A stretch of DNA of 64,000 bases, taken from positions 7,378,001 through 7,442,000 of the forward strand of contig NC_058383.1 in the NCBI RefSeq assembly GCF_018350175.1, read 5' to 3'. The DNA is from Felis catus (Eukaryota). This document shows, one piece after another, positions 1 to 12,449 of the stretch; within the stretch, counting starts at the first letter, position 1, and every line of letters starts with the position of its first letter. The notes under the pieces were generated by a model. The model was not told the DNA's origin, made no database searches, and worked only from the letters and a program-made list of their open reading frames with translations. A program made the position numbers and the translations under genes.

Positions 1-238
1 AAAAAAAGAGAGAAATCAATGACAAAAATAGTATTAATGGAAAGATATTTATTATCTCTCAGTTGAAACCACACTGAACTAAAAATTCGGTATAACAACA
101 GTTATTCAGTATAATCACAATTATGCAATATAATCATAAAAATTCCAACAGGAATTGTTTTCAATTTCACAAATTGGTGAAAGATTTCTATGGAAGCTCA
201 AAAGGCCAAAAAAAAAAAAATCTGCCAAGGCCCTTTTA

Positions 239-458
239 TTTAAAAAAATTTTTTTAATGTTTCTTTATTTCTGAGACAGAGAGAGACAGAGCACGCGTGG
301 GGGAGGGGCAGAGAGAGACGGAGACACAGAATCCCAAGCAGGCTCCAGGCTGTGAGCTGCCAGCACAGAGCCCAACGCGGGGCTCGAACTCACAAACAGC
401 GAGATCATGACCAAAGCCGAAGTCGGACGCTCAACTCACTGAGCCACCCAGGCGCCCC
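239..458 (-). mobile_element. Can-SINE (felid SINEC) with 16-bp TSD
   Basis: tRNA-derived head (ggggcgcctgggtggctcag on the minus strand), (CT)n and A-rich tail; TSD TGCCAAGGCCCTTTTA at 223-238 and 460-475. Confidence 0.9.
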
Positions 459-715
459 ATGCCAAGGCCCTTTTAAAGAACAAAAACGTAGGTCTTGTCT
501 ACCAGAAATGCAGAATTATTACGGAACTTTAGTAATGAAGACTGGGTGGTACTGGCGCAGATATAGACAAATCGACTCACTGTACAGAATAGACAGCCCC
601 AAACAAATCGATACATTGACACCTGATTTGCGATGGAAGATGTACTGCAGAGCTATGGGGGATTGGATGGACTTCTCAGTCAACGTGTCAGGTCAATCAG
701 GTATCCAAACATCCA

Positions 716-940
716 AAACTTTTTTTCTTTTTATGTTTATTTTTGAGGGAGAGAGAGAGAGAGAGAGACAGAGTACGAGCAAGGGAGGGGCAGAAAGAGA
801 GGGAGACACAGAAACTGAAGCAGGCTCCAGGGTCTGAGCTGTCGGCACAGAGCCTGATGTGGGGCTTGAACTCATGAACCGTGAGATCATGACCTGAGCC
901 GAAGTGGGACACTTAACCGACTGAGCCACCAGGCACCCCC
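716..940 (-). mobile_element. Can-SINE
   Basis: Typical SINEC body and tail. Confidence 0.85.
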
Positions 941-959
941 AAAACTTTTTTTTTAAATG

Positions 960-1760
960 CTGTTTCATAAGTAATCCAGAGAAATTCAAATTAAAACCAC
1001 ATGAGTCACTACTACACACCCACAAGTTTTGTCAAATATTTTTAAATGATAATATCAAATGCTGACAAGAATGTGGAACAAGAAATGCTTGTGAAAGAGT
1101 AAACAGGTAAAACCACTTTTTAAATACTGGCAGAACCCAGTAAGTTGAAAGATAATACTCTCTGATCAGCAAAACCACCACCAGGTGACACCCTGCAAAA
1201 ATGCCTATTTATGCAGGCTGTAGAGTTACACGCACAAGAACACAGCAGCATTTTTCATAATAGCCCATCAACAGTAGAATGTAAACATATAGGGTAATAT
1301 AATCATACAATGAAATATAAGTGAAAAAGGATGAACTGCAATTATATGAAAGAATATGGATGAATCTTAAATACTTCATTGAGCAAAAGAAGCTAGACAA
1401 AACAGAATTCATACTGTATGTTGTCATTTATATGAAGTTGAAAATCGGGTAAAATGCATATATATTGTTTGGGAATGCCTTATAAGTTGGTAAAACCATA
1501 AAGAAAGACCAGGGCAAAAATATAAAAGTTAGAATAATGAGTACATCTAGAATAATAGGAGAAAGGGAGGGATATAACTTGGGAGGGACATGGTATCAGG
1601 GGCTTCTGGAGTAAAGGTCTTTTTCTCTTATTTAGGGTGGGAGTTATATGAGTGATCATTTTATAACAATTTGTTGAACTGTTTCATGCATTTTCTGTTT
1701 TGGTATATAATAAAATTTTAAGCAAAATTACATACATCCATTATATATATGCATGAATAC
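960..1760 (+). mobile_element. Old L1 (L1ME-like) ORF2 end and 3' UTR fragment
   Basis: Degenerate L1 3' motifs (aatgctgacaagaatgtggaacaa, tactgtatgttgtcatttatatgaagtt). Boundaries approximate. Confidence 0.6.
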
Positions 1761-2643
1761 ATATACATTTAATATAGTGACTCAACAATTCCTTACATCA
1801 CCTAGTGCTCATCACAACATCCCTCTGCAAATGCTTAAGTTAAATCTATCAAGTCTTTAACTCTAAATTTGTTTTTATAGGGAATACAAGAAATAGAGGA
1901 CGAACTAAATGTCACCATCAGGGAGCAATCAGAAATGTCCAGAAGGTGGGACATTTATTTGACAGGACAACTGGCCCTGACTTTTCCATTAAAAAGGATA
2001 AGGGAAAGGAAGGGCTAGCCTGGAGTTAAAGAAATCAAGGAAGAAACCACCAGGTCCTGGAATGCATCTTGGCTTTGAGAAAACAGTTGCATGGATTTTT
2101 GAAGGACAATGAAGGAAATCTGATTATGAACTGGATATTAGATTTAAGGAATTATTACTCATTTTGTTCATAATAATCTTTTTTGGTTTTCTATACAAAT
2201 ATTGTTTTTAAAATATTTATACCAAATTATTTGGGAGTAGAACGTCATGATTCTGTAATTGCCTCAAATACTTAAAGCATATGAAAATAAAGTAAAAAGG
2301 GACAGGTATATGCCACCAGAATGTAATGGAAATAACACTGTTATTTAAGTTGCAATGTCCTTGAATAGGCAAGAGGGGATGAGAACCAGAGCTGAGTAGA
2401 AGGACCAGTGACAGATAAGAGCACGGAGTTTCCTTTACAAAAACAGGTGAGAAGATAGAAAATTCTAGTACAGATGCCAGAAGGTGAGGAAATATGGTAG
2501 TGGGAGTCTGTGCGATTTCACTTCCGGTTGCTTTGTTTGTTCAAGAAGGTATGTTAGGTCATCTGCCGAGGGTGAGGTTGAGGAGGGCTTCAGGAGAGAG
2601 GAGATGCTGGGAAGCAGTCACCCAGGAGCACCCAGTGGGACTA

Positions 2644-2825
2644 GGGCAGTGGCTCTTTGGCTTCGTGCACATCAGCAGCACCTACAAGGCTTGTTGAAAC
2701 AAACACCGGGCTCCTCCCCAGAGTTAATGACTGGGTGGACCTGGGGCTGGGACTGAGAAGCTACATTTCTAACAAGCCCCCAGGTGAGTCAGCCCATCTG
2801 GGGACCACATTTTGAGAGCCACTGT
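2644..2825. mobile_element. MER5A-like hAT-Charlie DNA transposon
   Basis: cagtggctc...gggctcctccccagag...tttctaacaagccccagg...ttttgagagccactg, with terminal inverted CAGTGG/CCACTG. Confidence 0.65.
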
Positions 2826-3327
2826 GATTATTGTGCAGCATTAGGGCCCCCTTAAGGTGTGCGGGCCAGTGTTTCAAGTGAGAATTGTCAGCATGGTTGA
2901 ACGTTCCTCTCCAGATGTGTTCTGCGGCACAGGTGTACTTGCAAAAGAGGCAGAGGGTTGAATGTACCAGAGCCAGAGATTATCACCAAGATCATCAAAC
3001 AGCTGGTTCCTTCTTGTCATTCTGGACTCGGCTCAAATGAAAATGCTCAAAAGCACCGTCATTGACCTTTTAATCCAACCATCTTCTTCCTCTTCACCAT
3101 CTCAAAACTTTCACGTTGTTTTCTCTCACAGAACTTTCCACTGTCTGGAGCTTTACCTATATTTGTTTTGCTCCTTGTTTCTGCGCCTTTCCACTAGAGT
3201 TTATGCACAAGAAAACAGTAATCTTGATTTCTTGTTTTGTTCACTGCTGTGTTCCTAGAACCTGAAGAGTGCTTGGACATCAGAGGGGTCCAGAGGTCAG
3301 CTCAATAAATATTTATTGATGAAAAAT

Positions 3328-3328
<1 letters not shown>

Positions 3329-3377
<49 letters not shown>
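3329..3377. repeat. (GAAA)n microsatellite
   Basis: Direct inspection. Confidence 0.95.
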
Positions 3378-3378
<1 letters not shown>

Positions 3379-3837
3379 GGAGGGAGGGAAGGGGGAGAGC
3401 GAGACAAGGAAAAACAAATTACTACACAAGACACTAAGCCATAGTATTAGTTTTGAATATGAAGAAGGAAAAACTTACCTAATTACAAAAATATAAACAC
3501 AGTTCATCGATATATCTAAAACTAATGTCAATCCACTGGACAAATGGGAGTCTAGCTAGTTGCTCACTACCCTATTTTCTTTCCCGAAGACTTTGTTTCC
3601 CAAATTCCCTATTTGGGCCACGACTGGGTTGTGGATGTTGGAATTTGGGCAGGATGTTACCCTGTGAGTTGCTATGAAAAGAGGACCTTGATTCTGGAGT
3701 CAGAGCTTAAAGGACAGCAGTATGAAAGCTGTTCCCAATCGCTGACTGGACTTCAGGAGAGTTCAGAATAAACTTTGGTGTCAAGTCATTGAAATTCCAG
3801 GGCTGTTTTTATTTTGCAAAAGAAAAAGATGAAAGTA

Positions 3838-4052
3838 AAAAAATTTAAAAAAATTTTAACATTTATTTATTTTTGAGAGACAGAGTGTGAGCAGAGGAGG
3901 GGCAGAGAGAGAGGGAGACACAGAATCCGAAGCAGGATCCAGGCTCTGAGTTGTCAGCACAGAGCCCAACGTGGGGCTCAAACTCACGAACCGCAAGATC
4001 ATGACCTGAGCTGAAGTCAGACGCTTAACTGACTGAGCCATCCAGGCGCCCC
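3838..4052 (-). mobile_element. Can-SINE
   Basis: Typical SINEC body and tail. Confidence 0.88.
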
Positions 4053-4595
4053 AGCTGCTGAGTGTTTTTAAAGAATATTTCCATTTGTAAGATATCCACT
4101 TGGTTCTTTGTAGTATGTAAAGAATTCAAAGTAACATATACATAGATTAAGATAAAATTGACTTCCAGGAGGGATCTGAGCTTCCACTTCCACCTGGAAG
4201 CAACATGACAGAACAAGGTGGGATGAAGAATGCTAGTTTGCACTGTGTCCACTGCCCCTGGTGTCAGTAAGGCAAAGTGTGGACCTGAACTTCCACCTTT
4301 GTCCAGTGGAAATGAGACAATGAGAGTTGGTGCTCCATTGTCACCAGGCTGGCATCAGCAGGCTCCCAAGAGAGCTGAACATACATCCCATCTGGACCTG
4401 CTTGCTACACCTAAACAAGGTGACTGCCTTCTAAAAAGAAGAAAGGTCAAGTAAGATGCACAGTCTCATGACATAACACCCAGAGCGTCCAGTAAACAAT
4501 AGAAAATCATTAATCAATACCAACAACCAGGATAATCACAACTGGAATGAGAAAAGATCATCATCAGGTGCCAATATCAAGAGAACTCAGATATT

Positions 4596-4790
4596 GGGGT
4601 GCATGGGTCTGACTTTGGCTCAGGTCATGATCTGTCAGTTTGTGAGTTCGAGTCCTGCATCAGGCTCTGCATTGGCAGTGTGGAGCCTGCTTCAGATTCT
4701 CTCTCTCTTTCCCTCTCTCTTTGTCCCTCCCCCACTTGTGCTTTCTCTCTCTTTCTCTCTCTCAAAATAAATAAATAAACTTAAAAAAAA
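4596..4790 (+). mobile_element. Can-SINE inserted in an old L1M4-like 5' fragment
   Basis: SINEC body flanked by the duplicated gagaactcagat/gagcactcagat; flanks resemble the L1M4 5'/ORF1 region. Confidence 0.75.
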
Positions 4791-5032
4791 GAGCACTCAG
4801 ATGTTGGAATTATCTGATAAGGATTTTTTAAAACAGCCATCATAAAAAATGCTTGAATGGGCCATATGAACACTACATATCTATTAGTATAGATACAATG
4901 TAAAAGATTGACACTTCCAAGTGTTGACAAGGATATAGAGCAACTGGAATTTCTAACCAATGATGGTAGGAATACAAAATGGTACAACTAGTTTGGAGAA
5001 CATTTTGGCAGTTTCTTAAAAAGTTAAGTCGT

Positions 5033-5260
5033 GGGGCGCCTGAGTGGCGCAGTCGGTTAAGCGTCCGACTTCAGCCAGGTCACGATCTCGCGGTCTGTGA
5101 GTTCGAGCCCCGCGTCGGGCTCTGGGCTGATGGCTCAGAGCCTGGAGCCTGTCTCCGATTCTGTGTCTTCCTCTCTCTCTGCCCCTCCCCCGTTCATGCT
5201 CTGTCTCTCTCTGTCCCAAAAATAAATAAATGTTGAAAAAAAATTAAAAAAAAAAAAAAA
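5033..5260 (+). mobile_element. Young Felis-type SINEC with TSD
   Basis: Near-consensus ggggcgcctgagtggcgcagtcggttaagcgtccgacttcagccaggtcacgatc; TSD (aaaa)gttaagtcg on both sides. Confidence 0.92.
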
Positions 5261-7679
5261 GTTAAGTCGCTCAGTCAATTGAGCACCAACTTTAGTTCAG
5301 GTCACAATCTCGTGGTTTATGGGTCTGAGCCCCAAATCGGGTTTGCTGTTGTCAGCCTGTCAACATGGAGCCCACTTCAGATCCTCTGTCCCTGTCTCTA
5401 TCTGCCNNNNNNNNNNNNNNNNNNNNNNNNNNNNNNNNNNNNNNNNNNNNNNNNNNNNNNNNNNNNNNNNNNNNNNNNNNNNNNNNNNNNNNNNNNNNNN
5501 NNNNNNNNNNNNNNNNNNNNNNNNNNNNNNNNNNNNNNNNNNNNNGACTTGTGCGCAAATATCCATAGCAGCTTTATTCGTGATAGCTAAAAATTGGAAA
5601 GAACCCAAACGTCCACTGACAGATGAATGGATAGTCAAGTAATGGTATATCCATACAGTGGAAAACTACACAGCAGTAAATGGGGAATGAGCTATTGTCA
5701 CACCCAGAAATGTTGATGAATGTCAAAATAATTATGTTGAGTGAAAGAAGCCACACAGAAAAAAGAGTATGTATTGTATAGCCACATTTGTGTAAAGTTC
5801 TAGCAAATGCAAACTAAGATAAAAAGACAGAAAGAAGATGTGTGGTTTCCTGGGGAGGGAGTGGGAGGTGGGCATGAGAAGGATTAGGAAGGGCCATGAG
5901 GAAACTTTCCTGGGTGTTGAGTATGTTAATTATCTTCTTTGTGAAGATTGTTTTCCAGGTGTACATATATGTTATAACTTATGATACTGCATACTTTAAA
6001 TATGTGTTTATGGTTTGTCAATTACACCTCAATACACTGTTTAAAAATAAAGGGGAGCCTCGGGGAACCTGGTGGCTCAGTGGGCTAAGTGTGTGACTCT
6101 TGATTTCAGCTCAGGTCATGCTCTCACAGTTGTGAGTCTAGCCCCCCGTCAAGCTCTGTGCTGGGAGCCTACTTAAGATTCTCTCTCCCTTTCCTGCTGC
6201 CCTTCCTCCCCTCAAAAAAAAATTTAAAATTAAAATTAAAATAAAGGGGAACCTCAAATTAGTCTAGTGACTGAGGGTGACGATATGGCAAATTTCTAAA
6301 CTTTGCAGGAAGATAGGAATGTATCTGAGCTTCCCATTTCAGATCAGAGAGGATATGCTTAGATGAACATTCCTCAAAAACATGGTAAGCAAGAGCTACA
6401 ATTAGCTTGTTGCTAACTTTACAATTGAGTTCACAGAGAGTGTGATCCATTGAACATATGGCTAGCTTTTCTATTCTACTTTCCTCCTCTCCAGAAGTCT
6501 TTGAGATTTGTAATATCTTTGCACAAGGCACTGTTTCTTGGGACATACTTTTATTCTATATAACCACTAGAGATGTTAAAATGTTTTTCTTTTCTAAATG
6601 GAAGGTAACTCACAGGTCCTGTGACAGTTTTCTGTTTTCCATTAATCTTGACTATTAGAAACTGGCACACATGGAAGATATGGGGTTTGGATTAATTTAA
6701 CTTTGGAGGAGCTGAGGAAACTACATGCATTGAGCAAGAAGTCATTCAGGATTTAGGTTCTAAAAGGACCACAGCCTACTNNNNNNNNNNNNNNNNNNNN
6801 NNNNNNNNNNNNNNNNNNNNNNNNNNNNNNNNNNNNNNNNNNNNNNNNNNNNNNNNNNNNNNNNNNNNNNNNNNNNNNNNNNNNNNNNNNNNNNNNNNNN
6901 NNNNNNNNNNNNNNNNNNNNNNNNNGGAATGTGGGACAAAAGTTTGAATTTTATGTCATTTACAAGTTAATTTTACTTAAGAGAATAAATGGGGATTTTA
7001 TTTATTAACTAATTGGGGGGTGCTTTTGTATATCAGAAACTGTATTATTTGAAAGGTTTTTTTTTAATTCTGTCATTTGACTCATTACATAACATCTGGT
7101 TACCTAAACTGGAAAGGCAGCTCAATGGTACTAATTACATGCACGTAGCTCTGACTCTTTCACTTACATGCCCTTGGAAAAGTCCCAGCATCCTGCCCCA
7201 CCTCTCTACTGAAAACACAGGAGTCTTGTTTCTCAAAGCCCTCTCCTTGTTCACCTTTCCTTCATGAAGCTCCAAGTGTCCTGCTCTCTCCCCGCATAGA
7301 CACTCACAGCGCATGTTGTTTCTCAGGTACTCCCACCAATGCAGAAGTGTGGAGTCCCCATCATGTGGATACGGCCAGCCAGCAACCCAGGATGCTGTCA
7401 ACAGTGGAGGAGTGGCCAGAGCAGGACAGGGACTGCCACACATCTCAGCGGTAGAAGCCAGAGGGGTTTGGGCCTGGAATCCCAGGGCAGAATGGGGGCT
7501 ATGGGGACAGGGCTATAAGGAAAATGAAACACAGTACAGGGCTAACAGTTATAACTTAGAAAATGCCAGGCACTCTTTTATGTGCTTTATATATATTACT
7601 TCATTTACTTTTTACAAAATCTATGAACTACTATTCTTATCTCCATTACAAAAGGGACACTGAGGTACTATACATATAT

Positions 7680-8810
7680 AAACGTATACAAAATGGATAA
7701 AAGACTTAAATGTAAGACCTTAAATCATGAAACTACTAGAAGAAAATTTAGGGAAATAACTTTTTAACATTGGTCTTGGCAATTATTTTTTTGGATATGA
7801 CACCAAAAGCACAGGCAAAAACACAAATAGATATGTGTGACTGCATCAAACTAAAAAGTTTCTGTACAGCAAAGGAAACAATCCACAGAGTGAAAAGGCA
7901 ACCTACAGAGTGTCTGCAAACCATATAATTGATACAGACTTAAGCTCCAAAATATATAAGTCCAACAATTCATTAACAAAAAAACCTAATACCCAGTTAT
8001 AAAATGGGCTAAGGACTTGAGCAGACCTTTCTCCAAAGAAGACACACAAATGGCCAACAGGTATATGAAAAGATGCTCAACATCACTAATCATCAGGAGA
8101 ATGGAANNNNNNNNNNNNNNNNNNNNNNNNNNNNNNNNNNNNNNNNNNNNNNNNNNNNNNNNNNNNNNNNNNNNNNNNNNNNNNNNNNNNNNNNNNNNNN
8201 NNNNNNNNNNNNNNNNNNNNNNNNNNNNNNNNNNNNNNNNNNNNNNNNNNNNNNNNNNNNNNNNTCCCCCCTCCAAATTAAAAACAGGATCTAGCAATCC
8301 TACTTCTGAGTATTTATCCAAAAGAATTGAAATCAAGATCTTGAAGAGATGTTAACATTCCCATGATCATTGTGGCACCAGTCACGATAGCCAAGATATG
8401 GAAACATCCATCGGCAGACGAAAAGATAAAGCATGGTATGTACATACAATGGAATGGAAGGAAATTCTGTAACAAGAGACAGCATGGATGAGCCTTGAAG
8501 ATATTATGCTAGGTGTGAGAAACCAGTCACAGAAAGACAAATATTGCATGATTCTGCTTATATGAAGTATCAAAAATAGTCAAATTTATAGACTTGAAAA
8601 GTGGAAATGTGTTTGCTAAGAGCTAGGGATGGGGGAAATGGAGAGTTACTAATCAATGAGCATAAAGTTTTAGTTAAGCAAGATAAATAAGTTCTAAACA
8701 TCTGCTGTACAACATTTTACCTATAATACCGTGTTGTATATTTAAAAAATTGTTAAGCAGGTAGATCTCACACTGTGTTCTTATCACAATAAAATTTTGA
8801 AATAAAAAAA
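7680..8810 (+). mobile_element. L1 ORF2 3' end plus 3' UTR (contains gap 8107-8264)
   Basis: L1 ORF2 C-terminal motifs ([22 protein letters not shown]), L1MA/MB-type 3' UTR, A-rich end. Confidence 0.8.
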
Positions 8811-9790
8811 TTATTCATTTTCATCAAAAGACACAATTAGTGTGAAAGATAGTCATAACACAGGGCTGGAGAAGATATTTGTAACACACACACAACAAAT
8901 GAAGGGGCTGTATCTGAAACCTATAAAGAATTCCTCCCAATTCATAGGAAAAAGACAGATGACCCAATTAGAAATGGACAGAAGATACCTTAACAGGCAT
9001 TTCGCAGTAGAGGAAATTCAAATGACCAATAAATATATGAATAGATGCTCAACAGAATAAGTAAGAAAAGAACAAAAATGAAAACCACAATACATCCACA
9101 TATTCAAAGAAAGGCTAAAACTAAGAAACAATACCAATGCTCGTGAGGATGTGAAGCGATTGAATCCCTCATACTGTTTTGGTGAGGGTATAAATTGGGA
9201 AAGCCACTTTGGAAAACTGGCAGTAAGTACCAAAGTTGAATATACGTATACCTTGGGACTAAGCAATTTAGCTTGTTGGTATATAACCAACAGAAAGACA
9301 TGCATGTGCACACTAAGAGACACGGACAAGAAGATTTATAGTAGCAATACTTAAAATAGTCAAAAACTGAAACCAACCCAATTGTCTATCAACCACTGCA
9401 ATGATAAAGAAAGTGTTGTATTTTCATATACTGGAGTACCGTGAGATGAACATGAATAATAGCTTTACGCTACAATGTAGATGAATCTCACCAAAAATAT
9501 TGAATGAAGACACATCTTCTTAATGATAAAAAAAGAAGACACAAAAAAGTACACAGTGTATGATTACACTTCTATAAAATGTAAAATCAGGCAAAAATAA
9601 ACTATAATGTTTACACCTGGAAAGAAGAAAGGGTGGTAGTGATGGGATGAAGGCATGAGAGAAAGTTCCTAAGGATACTAGTAATGTCTACTTGACTTGA
9701 GTGATGATTCCACAGGTGTGTTATCTTTTATTTCATTGAGCACTTATGATTTATATATTTTCATGTATGTTACGGTTCAGCTTTTTTAAA
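8810..9790 (+). mobile_element. Older L1ME-like 3' fragment
   Basis: Degenerate ORF2-end and 3' UTR motifs. Confidence 0.6.
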
Positions 9791-10350
9791 AGGTGGAAAG
9801 TTTTCACTCCAAGCAGTCTCACTCTTTCTCACAGTGAAAGGTTACTCTGGAAATGAAATCAACACTTTCCTTGGAACAGATTATTAAGGAATTAGGGTTT
9901 CCCTGCCAAACTCTTTCATACTTTTAGAATAAAGACCAATCTTGCCAGATCAACCACTTAAGTGAAACCAGAAATCCGTATTTTCATTTGAAAGCCCCCA
10001 CTGTTTAACTATCAACAACCCATTCAGCATTGTTTAAACAGTCCAAACAAAATGTATCTGTAGCTATATTAAGCCCCAGATCTCTACTTTTGACTTACGG
10101 GCAAACAGAGAAATGCCTTCTCTAGGAGATATTCTTAGCTTCTTACCATACTCATATTTCCAAAAGACACAGCAAAATTCACTCCAGCCAATTACCCACT
10201 CTCTTTTCAGAAAGGGATTCCCACCCCCCCCCGCCCCCACCGAATTCCTGCCTCCCCCCCCCCCCCCCCCGCCCCCGCTCTGCTAAAAAGCAGAGACAAC
10301 ACCATAGATTTCTATCTCTTTCTCTTACAGTGGGATAGAAAGTAAACACT

Positions 10351-10581
10351 TTTTTTTGAAAAAATTTTTAACATTTAGTTATTTTTTTGAGAGACAGAGA
10401 GAGGCTTAGCACGAGTTGGGAAGGGGCAGAGAGAGGGAGAGGGAGACACAGAATCTGAAGCAAGCTCCAGTCTCTGACCTGTCAGCACAAAGCCCGACAC
10501 GAGGCTTGAACTCACCAACTGCAAGATCGTGACCTGGGCAGAAGTCAGCCAGTTAACCGACTGAGCCACACAGGTGCCCCC
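10351..10581 (-). mobile_element. Can-SINE with TSD
   Basis: SINEC body; aaacactttt is repeated on both flanks. Confidence 0.87.
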
Positions 10582-11352
10582 AAGAAAGGAAACACTTTTG
10601 AAGGGTGAGGAGAGCTAAGAACCATGGGGAATTGCTTATTTTTGTTCTCCACAGGAATTTCCCTGAAATGATCTCTTCTGGGTTTGTGTTTTGGATTCCC
10701 TAATAGACCCTAACACCTAACAATTCACCCTCCTCCTAAGAATGATGTTTCACCCTGTAATGGCTGCCCCTGGAGTCACAGGAGGCACAGGTAAGGAGAT
10801 GGAGAGCTTCCCTCAGTTGCACAGGAAGAAAACACAGGAGCCAGTGATGAGAGGCAGTGGAGGCAAGGGAGGTACTCCCCGGAGCCAGAAACACCAACCT
10901 GACTGTCAGAATCTTGCACTCCATGAATGGATCCATGACAGCCTAGACGTTTCTCTTAAATACTCAGCATGAACCATGGACCCAGGTACAGCATAAAACA
11001 ATAAAAGTTTAATAGGCCTTTGCAGCATTAAAGAGTGAGTTCACTCTGGTACCTTCCTGAGAGAAGGCATGGAAATTGTTATATTGCATATATGCATGTT
11101 CTGCCTGATACTGCCAATTCTTCCAAGCCCTGTGTCTCTCTTTTCTACCTTTCTAAGTCCTAGTTCCTCATCCACTCCCACCCCCCATCCCCTGAATCCT
11201 GGAGTCTCACTTTCTGTCCTTTGAAACCAATACAACTTCCTGTAAACAGGCAGATTTCATTCTGGTGTGCCAAAAACCAATCCCCCACTCCCACTCTGGG
11301 TCTTTGCACACAGCTTGGCTTACACATCTGAGGAATTACCTTTTCCACCACG

Positions 11353-11577
11353 GTTTAAAAAAAATTTTTTTTTCAACGTTTATTTATTTTTGGGACAGGG
11401 AGAGACAGAGCATGAACGGGGGAGGGGCAGAGAGAGAGGGAGACACGGAATCGGAAACAGGCTCCAGGCTCTGAGCCATCAGCCCAGAGCCTGACGCAGG
11501 GCTGGAACTCACGGACCGCGAGATCGTGACCTGGTTGAAGTCGGACGCTTAACCGACTGCGCCACCCAGGCGCCCCT
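11353..11577 (-). mobile_element. Young Felis-type SINEC with TSD
   Basis: Near-consensus; TSD ccacggttt. Confidence 0.92.
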
Positions 11578-12449
11578 GCCACGGTTTTAGATAATAATTC
11601 ATCATATCCGAAACAATCTCACCATCCGTGAGAGAATTTACATTTTGTCATTCATTTGTAAATTTTCACAAAATGTATTTGGTGTTCATTGTAGTTGTTT
11701 TATTGATATATTGTGACTCCATAATGGGAGGACTTTGGCATGACAAATTCCCACTATAGGAAGAGGGTATCTACCTGAGAGAGTCAGAGTGGATTCTTCC
11801 CAAGAACAACGATTCATAAGAATAGCAGAGATAAGAGGCAGCTACTTCTCCTAGGGCTGAGATCCAGATCTTTTGGAGATGACTCAAGTCACGGCCCACT
11901 GACTGGCAGAGAAGTCACTGTGGAGTTACAGCAGCAGAACTTGCTGTAAATCTACCCTCTGGAACCTGCTGGAAATAAATCAGTACTTTAGGGTGCTACT
12001 GAGAGACCTTCATGGGGAACCCCACGTGAATGCAAAAAACTGCACCCAGCTCTGTAGGAAACCCACAGAGCACTCATCTAAAGCATTTGCCAGTTACCTC
12101 AGCAACCTGGATATGTTAGGAGCCACACCCACCCAGATCTAGTGTTACACCTTGGACCAATTTTAGATTTCCTCCTTGGCCACTTCAAAATATTCTCAAG
12201 CTGAAACTTTTCCAGTGCCCACTTCCACAAGCAAATTTCAGGTCTTTTTCAATATATAGGGCCATGTTTATTGTAGTGTGCTACGGTTTTATTACGTTCG
12301 TATCTTTTTTTAATGCGTCATTGACAAAGTTTTTGAAGATTATACCCCTAATCCCATTTTCCCCCTAAACCCTGTGGTTTTCACTGTGTGATTTTAGTAA
12401 TTTTTAGGAATGCTTATGTTGTGTTATTGCAGAATTGACTGCTTATACA

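Noticed and set aside
2515-2535. ETS-like CACTTCCGG suggesting a promoter
   Set aside because: It lies in L2-like sequence with no CpG island.
6259-6546. 95-aa minus-strand ORF (MSQETVPCAKILQ...)
   Set aside because: No recognisable family, no clear flanking splice sites or retrocopy hallmarks; length is within chance for a 64-kb six-frame scan.
10745-10985. Stop-interrupted frame FTL*WLPLESQ...EVLPGARNTNLTVRIL, vaguely like an FN3 or Ig domain
   Set aside because: Multiple stops and only a superficial pattern; cannot be supported without an HMM search.
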